Positions 29,333 through 43,664 of a DNA stretch of 64,000 bases are shown piece after piece. The notes below the pieces were generated by a model, which saw nothing but the letters and a program-made list of their open reading frames with translations, did no database searches and was not told the origin of the DNA. Position 1 is the stretch's first letter, and each line of letters begins with the position of its first letter. The translations under genes and the position numbers were made by a program. The DNA is taken from assembly GCF_022539665.2 (NCBI RefSeq), contig NC_081333.1, positions 6,696,001 to 6,760,000 of the forward strand, read 5' to 3'. Source of the stretch: Daphnia carinata. Taxonomy: Eukaryota.

Positions 29333-30365
29333 CTTTTTCGGCTGGTTATACTATCGATCCGATAGAGCTCCTCCCAGCTTCTTTGTTCGTAGCGGCTCCC
29401 GAACTGCTCCCGACTGCGCTCTATATACATAGTATATGTGTGTGTACAGCTATATGCAACGGCTCCAACTTGCCAACGAGGGTAGGGGGGGGGGAGGGTG
29501 CTCTGGCAAAGACTCACTCACACATATTCGATCGATAACATCTCCTCAGTAGCCTACACACAGTGTACTTACATAGCTTAAAACATACAGAGCGTATCAA
29601 CTCTATAGCCTACCTCACCCGACTACTCCACATCCCATTAGCGAGTGATGCATTGAATTCAACTGGAAAGGAATAATGTATTGGTTAACAGCTGACATGT
29701 GCCACAGCAGCACACCTCATAGTTGTTCGTTTCCGTTTGATTTTAGCTCAATTATTTCCGTCACAAAAGATGGCGTTCACTCGCTGATTCCAATCAATCA
29801 AAAACGGCCTGTTGCTCCACTATATTTCTTACCGTTTTGTATTTTTTTTTTATTGCGATCAAGGACAGACAAGTCGATTGCAAATGACCTATTCTTAATA
29901 ATCAAACAAAAAAACCAGTTTACTATAAGGATTTAAACAATGTACAAAACGTTTGCGATACACTGCTAGCGAATAATTGTAGATGTTAGGATCGAAGGTC
30001 GTTAGTTTTGACAACGTCGCCTCCTTTGTTCTTACTCGACTCGTTTGATTCTTCACGATTTTTTTGTTATCTAACAGGAATTTTCCATAAGGAGGAGGGA
30101 GGGGACAAAAGAAAAACGGGCCAGTTGACTGCGTCGTCCGTCGAAAGACGTGACCTGCTGTCGGGTTCGTGTCATGCAACGTCATCTCGATTCCGACGGG
30201 AAGACCGATTAAAAAAACAAGAAACAAGAAGAGGCAGGATGTCGCCGCCGGATGTCGTCTGGTCCGTCTGAAACATACACACGTTTTTGTAGTCGTTTCA
30301 CGGCGGTTGCGTTCCTACCCTCTTTTTTTCAAAAGGAGGAATTCAGTAAAAGAAAAGAAAAAATT

Positions 30366-33300
30366 ATGGGAAGAATGGCTACTCGTCGAACACCGCCCAG
30401 TGGTAGTCGTCGTTCTAGAGGACTTCTCGTCACCGATTCCGGCCAGTTGAGGAAGAAGAAACGGGCCGTGAAACTCGTCACCAATGCCAACCGAAAGCGA
30501 AGGGGACTTTTGCGACGGATCAATCCGAAAGCTTGTCGCAAGAAACCTGGATCTTCTGTAGACATGCCGTCGACGGTTGCCCTAACTGCCAATCGATCAC
30601 GCATGTCTAACTTCCGATCTTGTCTCAAAAAGAAAGCGACAACAACAACGAAGACGGCCAATAAGAACATCATGGCTTGCAGTCCGTTCGGTCAGAAATC
30701 TGGCGCCAATTCGGCAAGGAAAAGCCGGTCAGTCGTCACTTTGGTTCAAGAAGAGAAGAAAGAAAGTACGCAAAAATCAGGATCGACCAAGATGGTGACG
30801 TCGTCCTCTGTGACGCGTAACCCAATGGGGTCGTCGTCTTCAACGACGACAACCACGTCCACTGTTATCGCCTTGATCTCTACCAGCACAACATCGAGCA
30901 GTGCTGATTCTAGCAGTACGGCAAGTTTGGTTGGTGTCGGCGCTAGCCGTCGGCAAGTGGCCATTGCCATGTACCAAGAACACCAGGAGAATGTTGATCA
31001 TCATCCAGTCATAACTACCAGCACAAAAACCAGTTCGAAGAATGTTCAAAAAGCTGGTCGAACCAAAATGACTTGTGATTTGAAGCACATGATGGAGTCT
31101 ATTGAACGCGTGGCTTCCGGACAGCCGTGGATCGACACGTTGGTCACGTCGGACCAAACGAGACACGAAAGTGGCAGCAGCGACAGCAGTTCCAGCAGTT
31201 CCAGCAACAGTTCCAGCAGCAGTAGTGAGAGTAGCAGCAGCAAAAGTTCGGAACAATCGTCTTCCAAGGGCAGGCGAAAGAAGACGAACCGGTCGATCCA
31301 TTTGCGTAACCGGTCCGTCAAGAGAAACGAACCGTCTGGTCAGTCGCCTCCGCCAGTTGGTTCTCTTCGCCGTCCCAACCAACGACGTCGATTGGCCTGT
31401 CTCAACGCTATGGCCAAAGTTCACTGCCTCTACGAAAGTGAGATCCGGCATCCGTTGGCTCAGAAACACGCAACCCGCATCTTCTCCAGCGCCTCCGACT
31501 CTGACCAGAGTGGCGATGATTCCAGTAGCAGCGACAGCAGTGAAGAAAATGAGGCGGTAATCGATAAGGCGGTCGACAACAAGAACCAGAAAATAGCCGC
31601 CAATAAATCTTCGACTAATGCGAGGAAGAAAGAGGCCAATCGGAGTAAGAAATCGGAGACAAAACGGCCTGCCACGAAGGCGCCAACCGCTAACAAGAAA
31701 CAACGTCAGTCGATGGAAGTTGCACCGGTCGATTTGGCTGCTTTGGTCATGCCCAAAAGGATGGCCAGTCTCAATGCCACGGCCATCTTGGCCGCCAGTT
31801 CGCAGCAGTGGCCGGACAGCCCGAAGCCTCGCCGCGGGAAAACCCAACCGCAATCGTTGTCCAGTAGCGATGCCGATTCGTCCGACGAGATCGAGCGTGA
31901 AACCAAAGTCATTCCGTCGACCCAACGGCCGAGTGGCAAATCAAAAATGCTTCCCACTTCGAGCAAGAAAAAGAAGCCGGCCTTAACCAAGATCACAAAG
32001 AACATTTCGTGCGTGGAGAGTTGCTCGACGTCGACGGCCGTTTCGACGTCTACCAACAGCCACATTCTTCGCCTGTCTGCCAATATCTTTCATCAGGAGG
32101 TGGATGGTCATCATCAGACCACCACCACTACGAAGAGTAACACCTACCATCAATCGTCATCGGGTAGCGAGCAGAATGGCAGCAGTGTTACTTCTTCATC
32201 AAAAACCTATCAGAGGCAAGTGACTACGACCAGCTCTGATTGCGGACCTCGTTCGTCGCCAATGGATCTTGCCCAAACTGTTCCTAGAGTTGCTTCCTCT
32301 CATCAACGTCCGGTTAGTTGTTGTTGCTTTCTTTTTCTTAGGTGCATACTTGTTTCCAGATGAATGCAGGCTATCAGTAATCGTTGCTTTAATGGACCTG
32401 TGGGTTCTTTTTGGCCACGAAGGATTTAACGGCGTATCACGATTGCGGCATGTCCCCATGAATCGAGATATAGAAATAAAGAACGGGGGCACGGTCGCTT
32501 TCATATGAATACTAGTAGCTCACATATACATAATAAATTCAATCCAATTGGGGATTTATGAAAGACTCCCCCTTTTTTTTTTTTAACGCTTTCTGATTTT
32601 CAAAGTTTTCGACCAAGTCGATGCGGGTCACTATGACAAACGGTCGAGATCAACAACTGGATCTGTCATGAACCGACAGTCAGCGTCTTTTCAGTTCGAA
32701 AGGAGAGGGCTACGTACAGCGTTGATAGACAAGGATTGTATTCCCTGATGACGTGTGGGTTTAGGATACGGTTTCCACTACGATGATGGCACATGATTTC
32801 TTTATCAAATCATATCTGTACGACAGAGATACGATTTGTCCCATGACAGTGTTTTCAAAAAAGATAAGCTTCCAGACGTGTACAACATTTTCGCTGTTGG
32901 TGTAGCAGACTGATCGATAATCACGAACCTTACTACATACGGTCATATTCGGGCAAAAGAACACAACGTACGAGATGGCCGTTTTCAAGTTGGGAAGAGG
33001 ACGAGCATCATTGTCAGAGAGGATTAAGGCTTAATCCGGCATGTAATGCCCATTAATGGGCATGTTTGTCAACGGGAACAAGTGGACTTTGAATAGGCAC
33101 CACGTCAGCTTTAATTCTTAGCTACGAACCTAGTGACGCGACTAGACTGTTAACAGTAAATATTGATAATGCGAGCTATTCATTCGGCATCAGTCAAAAT
33201 ATTTCCAGTTTTGCTAACCAAAAACGGACTCTTCGTTCTTTCGTAGACATTTCGTACATGTAATGCTGACAAAGCTGCACAAAATGTTCACCGTTAGAAT

Positions 33301-35131
33301 CGAGTTCGTGATTGAAAAGGGTTGCTTTAGAAATGGTGACGAGATGTGACAGCTTGTCGTCTTCGACACTCGTTTAAACCGGTACGTCATAATGACAGCG
33401 CCACGTAAGGAAACTTTCAGAAGATTGCCATTCTAATCAATTTTCAAAACGATATTCGTTCTCGTAAGTAAGAGGTAGGAAGTGGTATGAGCTATTACAC
33501 GTTGTCAGCGATTAGTCGTGTCTTTGACAAGAAGGTGGCGAAGAGCAAACGACGCACGCCAAGTCGTCCGCAGCCGAAAAGGGATCATTGCATCTATTGT
33601 ACAGCGGTCGTGAAAGTCGGCTCTGGCGGACACGTTATTTGTCTCTGCCGCCAACGACAGCCTTTTTTTTTTTTTTTCGCGGTCCATTGTTGTTCTTCTT
33701 AAGGATATAAAGTGATGGGCGGGTCGCGATATCTTTCAGGCTGTAGAGGAAAAAGAAATAAGTGTCAATTCAAAAAAAAAAAAGGGGGGGGGGGAGCGCT
33801 CTCTAAATCCTCCTTTTGTTACTAGAGCTCCTTCTTCTCTTCTTTACGACAACGGCGTCGGAATACTTCGTGACTCGGTTCGGCAACCTTTATTGGGTTT
33901 CGGCAACTAGGTCGTTAAGATTTAGAGCGCTTCTTTTTACCATTCGTCTTTTTATATCTTTCATATGCTACTGTATTTCTGTTATTACGATGATTGTTTG
34001 GCTTCCCAATTCCTTCCTCTTTCTTCTTCCCGTTTTTTTTTTTTAGTTTTCTTTTTTATATGTATATCGTGCAAAGGTATCCTAGTCAGGTATACAGCCG
34101 CCATTCACTCTTCGTTTGTGACTGGTTGTCGGAGCTTTTTTTGGTTGGGTAGACACCGTTGCCTGTTGATGGCATTCATTGCCCTTTTTTTTCTTTCTGA
34201 AGTCTTTTTACGATATTTCGAGTTTCTTGTTTTGATGTTTGCTGTTGTCTTGAAAACGAACCGCACAGACACAACAAGCGAAACAGCAGCCGACGGTGCA
34301 AACTGACGCGCCAGACAGTTACAGTCCGTTGGGCGCTTTGTACAACATGCGGCCGCCAAATTTGCAGCAACAACAGCAAGAAAGGACGCCGTCACGTCAT
34401 CAAGATCAACAACATCACCATCCAGCTGGAGGAGTTACGTCGGAAGTTTCTTCATCCCCCAACTCGTCCTTCCAAACGTCCGGCAATAACAGTTCCGGCG
34501 GCCATATCATGACTAAAGACCGCGACAAAGGCTGGTCATCGGAACGCGTGGCCACCACATCTTTACCCTCAGGTCAGTCACTTTTGTTTGATTTTTTTTC
34601 CACATACAAAGAATTCCATTATTAAGCAAAAGATGTAAATCAAAAAGCATCCCTTTCTGTTCGTTTTTATATAGTTACCATTTTCTTAAATCATTAAAAA
34701 CAAACTGCGCAATCAAATGATAGGCGACCTCTTTTTACAAGATCATTTGGAAGGAAGAGATGTAGGGAATGAAAGGAGAAGAGAAAAAAAAGGAAGAAAG
34801 AATAATAATGTAGAAAAAAAAAACGAATAAAAGTTCACTGGCCGAAATTGCTGCGTGTGTATATTCTTTGAGCCATTGGATGGGCAGAGGGCCCTGTCTC
34901 TCGTCAGCTGTTGTGAGGGGCTTGAGCTCGCGCGTACGTTGTACTCGACGGCCCGCTACAAGCAAGCAGTGAACCAGGTTTTATTTTCTTTTCCAGTTGC
35001 TAGTTCCCCCTTTTCGCATTGAGGACACAGACCTTTCTTATTTTCTGTTTGTTTGATTCCCGTCCTACCGTTCTCGTTTTCTCACTGACGCGTCACAGCA
35101 AGAACCTAGAAAAAAAAAAGTGTGCAAGGAT

Positions 35132-35169
<38 letters not shown>

Positions 35170-38100
35170 GATAAATAAATGAAAGAAAAAAAGAGCGTAT
35201 GAAAGAACCTACGTGATGTCACAGTGTCGCAATCTATATCGATTTTTTAGGGATGAGCATTCGTGAATCGACATTGGCAAAATCGTTAATTAATTCGGAC
35301 CGCGTGGTCCGATTTCCGTAAAAAAATACTCTCCTTTTTTCTGCTTTTTTTTTAATTACATTTTTCCTGATTCGAATTGAAGGCTCAAGTTCATTTTTTT
35401 ACGATAACAGTTTAAGCTTCACTGCAGACGGTATCGCGATAAAAATAAGCTCACGATTACAGTAAATACTTCAGCGTAAAACATTTGTTTCCGAAACGCT
35501 GAAGATGAAAAAACACAATCTAAAGCGATTAATCGCCAATCGAAAACTGTCATAATCGATAGTTAAAGCGAGAAAAGAAGAAAAAAAGATTAGGGGGGTT
35601 CGCCACATTACTCCCCCCCCCCCCCCTCTTCCCCTCTTTTTTTTTACCGTGTGAAACTCTCCATTGGTCCCTAGCACTTGGTTCCGAACGCACCCTGAAG
35701 GCATTAAATGCGAATACGGGCGTTCAGCCAGCCAGTATACGCGGGTCTTTCGGCTCTGCTAGCTGTGTGCAGTTAAAGTTGGCGTGTTTCGTTTGAATTG
35801 GTGTGCGTGCACGCGTGTGTGATCGACACAGCCTACCGTAGGGATAAAGAAACAAGGAGGAGTTTATAGTTCAGAGAGATTTGTGCAAATTTGTAATCTC
35901 TCTCATCTTCCACCATTAGTTATAGTGTCGGGGTTTCTTTTCGTGTTCCGCGTGTTACGCATTGTGTTACACAAACTTTGTCATCAGTTTGGTGTACAGC
36001 CCCACTTTAGACGTGCAGCGTGAGTTTGCTAAAGACTACTTTACTTGTTACTATCTGTTTTGTGTTTGGGGAAATCTGTTTTGTATGTGTATATACATCG
36101 CAGTAATGATATAGCAAAAAGCGAATTAGAACCTTTTTCTTTTTCTTTGCCATTGAAATGGACACTGGTCACGGTCACATAGACTTGATCGTTGTGCGAA
36201 CCGGTTGATGACCAAACAGATCCCGGTAACAAAAACAGGAAAAAAACTTAATGTTGGTAATGGTAACCTTGAGAAGATCCCCTTTTCCCTATGTTCGTAG
36301 AGGACATAATTATTTGGGTGGAAAGGAAAAGGAAACGACGTTGATATCCCCTTGTGGCTTAGGCTTACAGAGGAAAATATTTTGGCGCCAAGTTACGTTG
36401 TGAACTGACTGTCAAGGACTTACGTCATGCCAACGTCACAGATACCTTTACCTTCGACCATTACTCGTTGTGTAACAGCACTGCAGTCAAGTGCAGTCGA
36501 CCTGATGTGCACAAGATAAAAAAATTGCGTCTTAACTTGGTTTTTTTTTCTTTTCGTTATCCTCTTCTTTTCATGACGAATCATTCACAGTGTTGCCAAA
36601 TCTCCGAAAACAGGAAATTGAAAAAAACTTCGCATTTATCTCGCATGCGTGATTTTTTTTTTTTTTTTGCTGACCTCGTCAATCTTATTTTTAAAATGTT
36701 CTCTCTTCCGACAGTGACCTTTGGTGGAGTGCCGTTGGTGCTCAGCAATCCGATCCAGTCGGCCGAATCGTACATGACAGCGGCCCGTCTGACTCCAGCA
36801 TTTTCTCTGTACCGACCGCCCATCGACATTCCTTACGCTTCTTTTTATCCACCGCCTCCACCGCTGTACTCGGCTGCTCATTTTGCCGCGCCCTCCTATT
36901 ATCGTGGATTTGCCTTGCTACCACCACTTGGATCAGGGTAAAATGGAATGTTGCCAAATCGGCTGGACGCGTTGGTTTTTTAACTCCCAAATTTTCTATA
37001 AACTTTTTAAAACAATTAGGTTTGTTCCAGTGGCTCTGGCCGATAGTTATTCAGCGTACGCGTTAGCTGCACCCTCGCCTTTTGTCGGATCGAGTAACGC
37101 GGAACTTGCGCATTATCTACATCGATATCAGACGCTTGGTGCTCCACCTTGTAGCCCTTTGACGCGGTATTTACCTACGACGAGTCCTTGCGGTTTGGGG
37201 TCTGATTGGAGATTGGGCCGTGATTCGAGTAGATCACTTGTCGAATTGCCTTCATCCTCCAGCATGCACGACGACCGCAATCCTCTTCCGTTGGCCGCCA
37301 CAGAGGCAACAGCCTCTGGCAGTGGGAACAGCACTAGTGTAGGTGGCGTCAGTGGCACACCTGGAAACGGCAACAATACCTGCCCTAAAGTTGAAGCTGG
37401 GAGTACAGCATCTTCAGCTCATCCATCTATGTTGCCACCACCCTCGTCGACAAGAGGATTTTTCCCGTTTGCTGGCGGTGCGCCCATGCTAGGCTCCGCC
37501 GCAGCCGCAACGGCCTACGCCAACCGTTGCCTCAACGCCAATTGCTCCTGTTCTGGACAGTCTTCACCGACTTGTCCAAAAAACGCATTGGCTGGGCCCC
37601 TTACTGGTATGGCAATTAAAGGCTTAAATTATCACGAATGAAAAGAAGATAATTACTTTCTCTTGCAACGACTAGGTGAGGGTAAGAGGTCCGGGCCGAA
37701 TTCCATATCGCATTCAGTGATCCCTCACCCCAGTTGTCATCATGTGGCATTGGTTCAGTCGCCTATGGGTGGCGGAGCTGGTAGCTCGAGTAGTTCGCCA
37801 GCAGTTCCGTCCCTTTTGCCTGAACTGTTACTTCACGCCACTGGGCCATTGGAAACGGCTGCAGATCCGCAGCCAACGTCTACCTCTAAGCAAAACGATG
37901 ACTTTCATCGTGACGACAGTACAGAGAAGCTGGAAAAACAGAACAACAATAACAATAATAACAATCATCATAACGACAACAATCGCAAGAAGAAATCATT
38001 GTCGAGTGTGTTTCCGCCGAGTCCAGTATCGTCCCGGCTGCGCAGTCGCATCAGCAGTAATTCCGGTTGTAGTGTTGAAAACTGTTCGGAAACATGCTGC

Positions 38101-39465
38101 TGCCGTTGCGTTTCAGAAATTGGTAGTGCGCGCCATCTAGCGGCCAATAATGGTACGTGTTTGTCGGAGTCGTTATCGCTCACCAGCTTGGACTCCGATC
38201 CCAACGAGTTCGTGGGCAATGGTCATTCTACGCTCAGTTGCCATAGGCAGGAAATGAAGAAATACAAACGGCTTGGATCTGACGTTATTACAATAGAGCT
38301 GGATAAAATATCCGGACGAAAGCGGCATAAAAACAAAGTACAACATCCGGATGATTTGACGGAAACATGTGGTGAGCAATTTGATGATCCATCGTTGTTG
38401 ACGTCTGATACGAAAGCGGGAACAAAAAATGGCACAGCTCGGAAGTGTCGCGAGAAGCTCATCCTTCCTGACGTGGTCAAGAGTCGAGTGATGATTGACC
38501 CTCATAGGAAAATAACTACCAAGAAAACAATCAAAAGCATCAATAGAACAAAAGAAGATCCCAAAATGGTACGAGCTACCTCACCAGTTGTCCGGCTTTT
38601 TACAGACAACACCAGCACGCTCCCCCCGACTGCAAAATTGGAACCTAGACGGGGTGGATCGAAATCTCGTTCTCCACTTGTTCCACCCGTTTCGAGCACT
38701 TCACCTGCGCTGCGTTGGTCAAACGGTTGGTCATGGGAAGGAAACAGCTTTCAATCACTAGTTCACTTGAGAAACGAAGATCTGCCGGCGGTGCGGAAGT
38801 GTTATCCAGCCATGAGGCATACGCAAGGCGATATCGTACGCATGCGTGATTGTATTCTCCTCAAATCAGGACCCAAAGCCAAAGATTTGCCGTTTGTGGC
38901 CAAAGTGTCCGCCCTCTGGGAGAACGCGGACGACGGCGAAATGATGATGTCACTCCTGTGGTACTATCGACCGGAACACACAGAAGGCGGCCGGCGCGCT
39001 ACTGATCTAGACGACGAAATCTTCGCCTCTAGGCATCGAGATGTCTGCAGCGTGGCTTGTATCGAGGACAAATGTTACGTTCTCACATTCAACGAATACT
39101 GCAGGTTTGTGAAAAAAATGGTTCCCTCATTTTACTATTTTTTGTTACGTGTTTGGTATTGATAAGCAATGCCATCTACCGAGCAACCTATTCATTGAGC
39201 TAAATAAGAAAAAGAGGGGGGGAAAATGATTTTTGATTTATCTTTTCTTTCTGAATAAAGGTATCGGAAGCGAGCCAAGATGATGGAACAAGGAGTGCCT
39301 CCTCCTTTTGGCGCAGCGATGTCGTCAGTGACGGGTGAAACGCCAGAGTATCCTCGACGATTACGCTTACCACCGACTTGCACGCCAACAACGGCCGACC
39401 GGGTATTTCTCTGTCGCAAAGTTTACGACTTTCGTCAGAAACGTATCCTGAAAAATCCGAGCTAG
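30366..39465 (+). CDS. BAHD1: BAH domain-containing protein, BAHD1-like, about 1560 aa
   Basis: Exons 30366-32312, 34269-34572, 36715-36937, 37020-37606, 37676-39104 and 39261-39465 join in frame (4695 nt). The C-terminal BAH domain ([10 protein letters not shown]...[10 protein letters not shown]...[15 protein letters not shown]...EIFASRH...[19 protein letters not shown]...[20 protein letters not shown]) closely resembles BAHD1 as I recall it. Two N-terminal R-[LM]-A-[CS]-LNA motifs are present. An in-frame ATG at 30252 is an alternative start. Confidence 0.88.
35132..35167. repeat. Poly-G tract (36 nt), intronic
   Basis: Uninterrupted G run. Confidence 0.95.
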
Positions 39466-40060
39466 GGAAGCAAACGCACGTTACTCTTCTACCAGAAGGC
39501 GGGTTCAATTTTCTAAAGTGCAGCCATTTCCGGTTTCTGAAGCCTCAAACCAAATTGATGGGTTTCTTTTTATTGATATCTGCCAACAAAGAACACATGG
39601 CTAAATTAAAAACTTAGGAGAATCTAATTGTGTTATGGAATGGCTGTGCGAAAATGTTTGAAATGCACTTGTAGTGAATAAGAACCAGTTGAAAAGGGCG
39701 TCGCTTTCTTGCTGAATTCATGACCGGTTTTCTTCTCCCTATCAATATGCACGGCATAATGCATATAAATATTTTTTTCATTTGATTAATTTATTCAGAT
39801 GATTAGCTCAGTTTTGGAAGCATGTTCTCAGCATACCCCGCCTCGTTGGTCGAATTGTTTGTCTCTAAGTTCACGAGAACCTCAAAACATACAAAAAAAA
39901 ATATTTTATTTCTTTGGGTCATATCACCATAGTCACTTGATTCCTCCCTTCTGTTTATCCGAATTCATGCGCTTAATCTTTTTTTTTTTTTTTTTTAAAT
40001 TTTCTCTCTCATATTGGGCCCCACCTCTTATGTGTAAATGCACGGCTTTTTTATTGGACG

Positions 40061-40065
40061 CCCCC

Positions 40066-40096
<31 letters not shown>

Positions 40097-40101
40097 AAAA
40101 A
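40061..40101. repeat. Poly-C tract (26 nt) followed by an A tract
   Basis: Directly visible downstream of the BAHD1-like stop codon. Confidence 0.95.
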
Positions 40102-42968
40102 CAACCGGTCGAGTTCATTGTACGTCGACTTTCGAATTATTTCCTCGCTTGAAAAGCATAGGCTGATAAAGTTGATTTCTTACGTCGTTTTTTTGGTGTA
40201 CATACGAAAAAGGCTATGCCCTTTAACTAAATAAGATTATTCTTTTTTTTTTTTGTTGCGCAACTCGTCATTCAGATGACAAGGAGGTTGCAGAAATCCC
40301 TTTTTATTGTTATTATTTGCACGACACTTTCATTTATTTGGTCGAAATTTTTGAAGTTCAAATCGATGAGCAAAAATGAAACAGACATACAAAACAAAAC
40401 TAATGTTTTCTTGATTGCCGAATTTTTCTTGTATTTCGTGTGGTTAAATCTCCTCTGGTGTGCTATGAACCACAAGAACCATTAAAAAAAACACACACGT
40501 TGACAAATATTCTGTAACAGCTGTGTATGACGAGGGTATAATTCATCCGTGTTTTTGTCCGTCTTGTTGTTCGACATATTAACGATTTTCTTTTCTATAA
40601 CGTTGTTGGAAGGGTATAGTTTTGTCGAAGGTGAAGATTTAAGCAAAAATACAGATATATAGACTTCGAATTTTGTGTTTGAATATCACACAACGTAAAT
40701 CGTTTAAACCTACAGCGGAATAATGGTGGCGCATAATTACTTTTTATTTTTAAGTTGGTAACGTTCTTAACATGACAAATTTCATGACGGATGACCCTTT
40801 AAATGTCTTAAAATATGACAGAGAGGAAAGCATTAAAGCACGGGAATCATAGCGTCCCGCCTGGTCACACTGGCATACCTCGCTTAAGTGATGTGTTGGC
40901 AAGCCTTTTTTGCCTGTCCTGACTCGCTTTGGAGTTGAGCGGCTGTTCTGGAACCAATGCAGTAAATAGTCGCCTAGAATTCAGCAAACACGCATCTCGC
41001 TCCTTCCCGAAGGACATGATTGTTGACTCTAACTCCTCGCTAAGAATAGCTTCTGCTGAACTAGATATTTTTAAATGATTCTTCTTCTCCCGCGAAAGAC
41101 GTTTGTGACCTGATTTCGGACAACGCCCTAAAGGCGAAGTCTATCGCAACGCATGACGTTGATCTGATGGGGTATTATGTATCTCTTGTATCAATTATGT
41201 AACTGAAAGAAAAACCAAACTGATGTTGAAAGTTGGGATGAGATCAAAGACAGGCTTGTCTTTTTTCAGCACAAGCAAGCCAAGAAAGATCCAAGTGCGG
41301 GGTGGATGATGGGACTGCCCGCCTGTTGGAATTAGACTGGCCCGTGAGTACAACATCATCTTTCGTCAAAATCTGTCTACAGACCTGGTAAGTATCCAAT
41401 TCTAGAGGCTTCCAACTTTTAATGTTCAACCGATTAACTAGTAATCACCTTCGCCTTAGTGGAATGGTCATCGACATCAGTCGCACTTCAATTTTTTTGG
41501 TAAGTGCGAAACATATTTTAGAACTGAATTCGTTTTTGACTAAGGTATAGTAACTAACGATAGAGTAATGCCCTGCAACGGCTGGAGAGAAAAGGTTCAA
41601 TAGCGAAAGGAAAGAAGCTAATATTACTGAACCAAACTGACGCTCCTAAAATGGACTCCAACACACGAGATTACATAGCTGCTCTTTTCTTCTAGCGTTT
41701 CGTTTCTCAGCATCTCATCTGTCAGCTTTTCGTTTAGTATCCAAGTATCGCAGCAAACTTTGATTGTTTGTATTTACAGAATAGAAACGTAATTCAGAAA
41801 CGAGATTCAAATGAAAATTCATATAGCAACAGAATGTCAGCAATGTTTTCTTGTTTTCTCTCCGCTATCATTTGGCTAGTGTGTTGCTACAAAACGAGAA
41901 GCACACGGAATGAGAGCATCGCCAATTGCAAAGTTCTGCGTCACAGCGCGCTGCCCGGGGAATTGAGGGGGCGTCACTTTCCGTCTTCCGCTCAAGCGCT
42001 CCTTCTCAGTATCTCCCGTTCTTGAGTCTTCCCACGGTAACCAGTCCCGCAGTGACTTGTTCCACGGCAACGTTGACGGTCAGAGACCACAGAGAGCCTA
42101 AACGAAACATTTTAGTTCTCTGCGATCGTTTGCAGCTCTGATCTCGTAGAACTAACCGGCCCCTCTAGTTCGGTCTCAATACTTCTTCACCTAGTCACGT
42201 TTGGTAAGTCACTTCTCAATCATGAATAACAGATTTTAGTTTAAATGGTAACCTCCACGCGCGTTTGGGAGGCATTCACGTTGAAATTTTGAAAATGTTT
42301 CAAATTGAGCCCACTGGCCCGCCAATAGTTCAAGGGACACAATTTAAACAACGCCATCTAGTTGCGTGATTTTCGGTTTCTTTACGATGTATTGGATTGG
42401 GACTGGCCACCCCTTTGTTATTTTGCTTGTCCTTTGTTTTATTTATTTAAAAAGATTCAAAAGAAAAAAGGAGGCGGCACACATTTTTTTGCTGCGCACA
42501 CCAACGTCAAGGACGTGGATAGGCAGCCACTGCGAAGCTCAAGCAGAAAATTTCGCCCGATGTCTAAGTATAGCTCAAGCTTGGTTTTTGTTGCTTTTGG
42601 TGCTACACGTTCTCGTCTGGTCAAGCTTTGCTGAGGCGTGCGTGTCGTATACTTCGCCGAGCAATTTTTTGTTGTTGTTGTTGCTGTTTTTCTACCGGGA
42701 AGGTGAAATACTTGCTGTGCGTCAGCTACGAATTCCAGGGCAAAGGATAAAAGGTATAAAGAGGTCGCCGGAAAGGCGGCAGCTGCAACCTTAGTCTTTG
42801 GGGCCGACAGCGACGCACAACCCCCCAATGGAATTGTAAGATACGGTCCCGGATCTCTTGCCGTTCCTCGCAGACGCATTTAACGTCCATACACGTTCTA
42901 AATAGTCTATCTAGCAAAGAGTTCAGCAGCTAATCCAGGGAGCAAGGCCTAAATGTGGAGCGGTCCAA

Positions 42969-42978
42969 CTAAATATAG
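42969..42978. promoter_or_regulatory. MEF2 consensus site CTAAATATAG upstream of the myofilin-like coding exons
   Basis: Exact match to CTA(A/T)4TAG in a putative muscle gene. Confidence 0.5.
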
Positions 42979-43664
42979 AAAGCCCCGAATAATTCATTTG
43001 ACTCCATACCGCTGTATGGGGTTTGCCTTTCTTTTGCGTTCCGGATGCGGGGTTTCATGCAAATGTTGTTGTATTACCGCTAGGTATCAATACGTATGTC
43101 TCTAATGATTACGTTAACCAATCAGGTGACCATCATTCGCGTATCCCAATAATTCCACAACCCTTGCGCATTTTTGTTCCATTAGTCTCACGTTTTTTTT
43201 TGCGCTGGCACCGAACTCTCATCATTCGTATTTTTAGCTCTTTGTTTACCACTGTCGTGTCACGATTGTTGATTATTTTGTATAAAAGTAGCCGATAGAC
43301 AAAGTCGGAGATGAGAGCCAAAATTTCATGCGATGCGTCATCGCGATATGTTTCGACACCCAAACCTTTTTTTTATATTCTTGGAAAAGAGGCATTTGCT
43401 TCTACTATGCGTTGTTGGCTAGACTTTGGGCGCCAAACTCGGTCATCACAGCCCAACATATCTGTCAACTGATGCACAACATCGGCTGCTACGGATGAAT
43501 AACTTTAAAACCAAATAGCAAACGCGTAATCTCTATCTGCTAAGCAGCAACTCTATCGAATCGAAATCAATTAGCGAATGATGCTCAATCGTATTTAAGT
43601 AGGTAATTTATTGTTCACAGGTGAATATCGTCTCGTTTAGTTCCGGAACAACTTGACATCAAGA

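Noticed and set aside
30840..31925. 361-aa minus-strand ORF
   Set aside because: Antisense shadow of the long GC-rich BAHD1-like exon; no domain features.
41224..41500. Two GTAAGT donor-like sites upstream of the myofilin-like gene
   Set aside because: All frames contain stops; possibly non-coding exons but unsupported.
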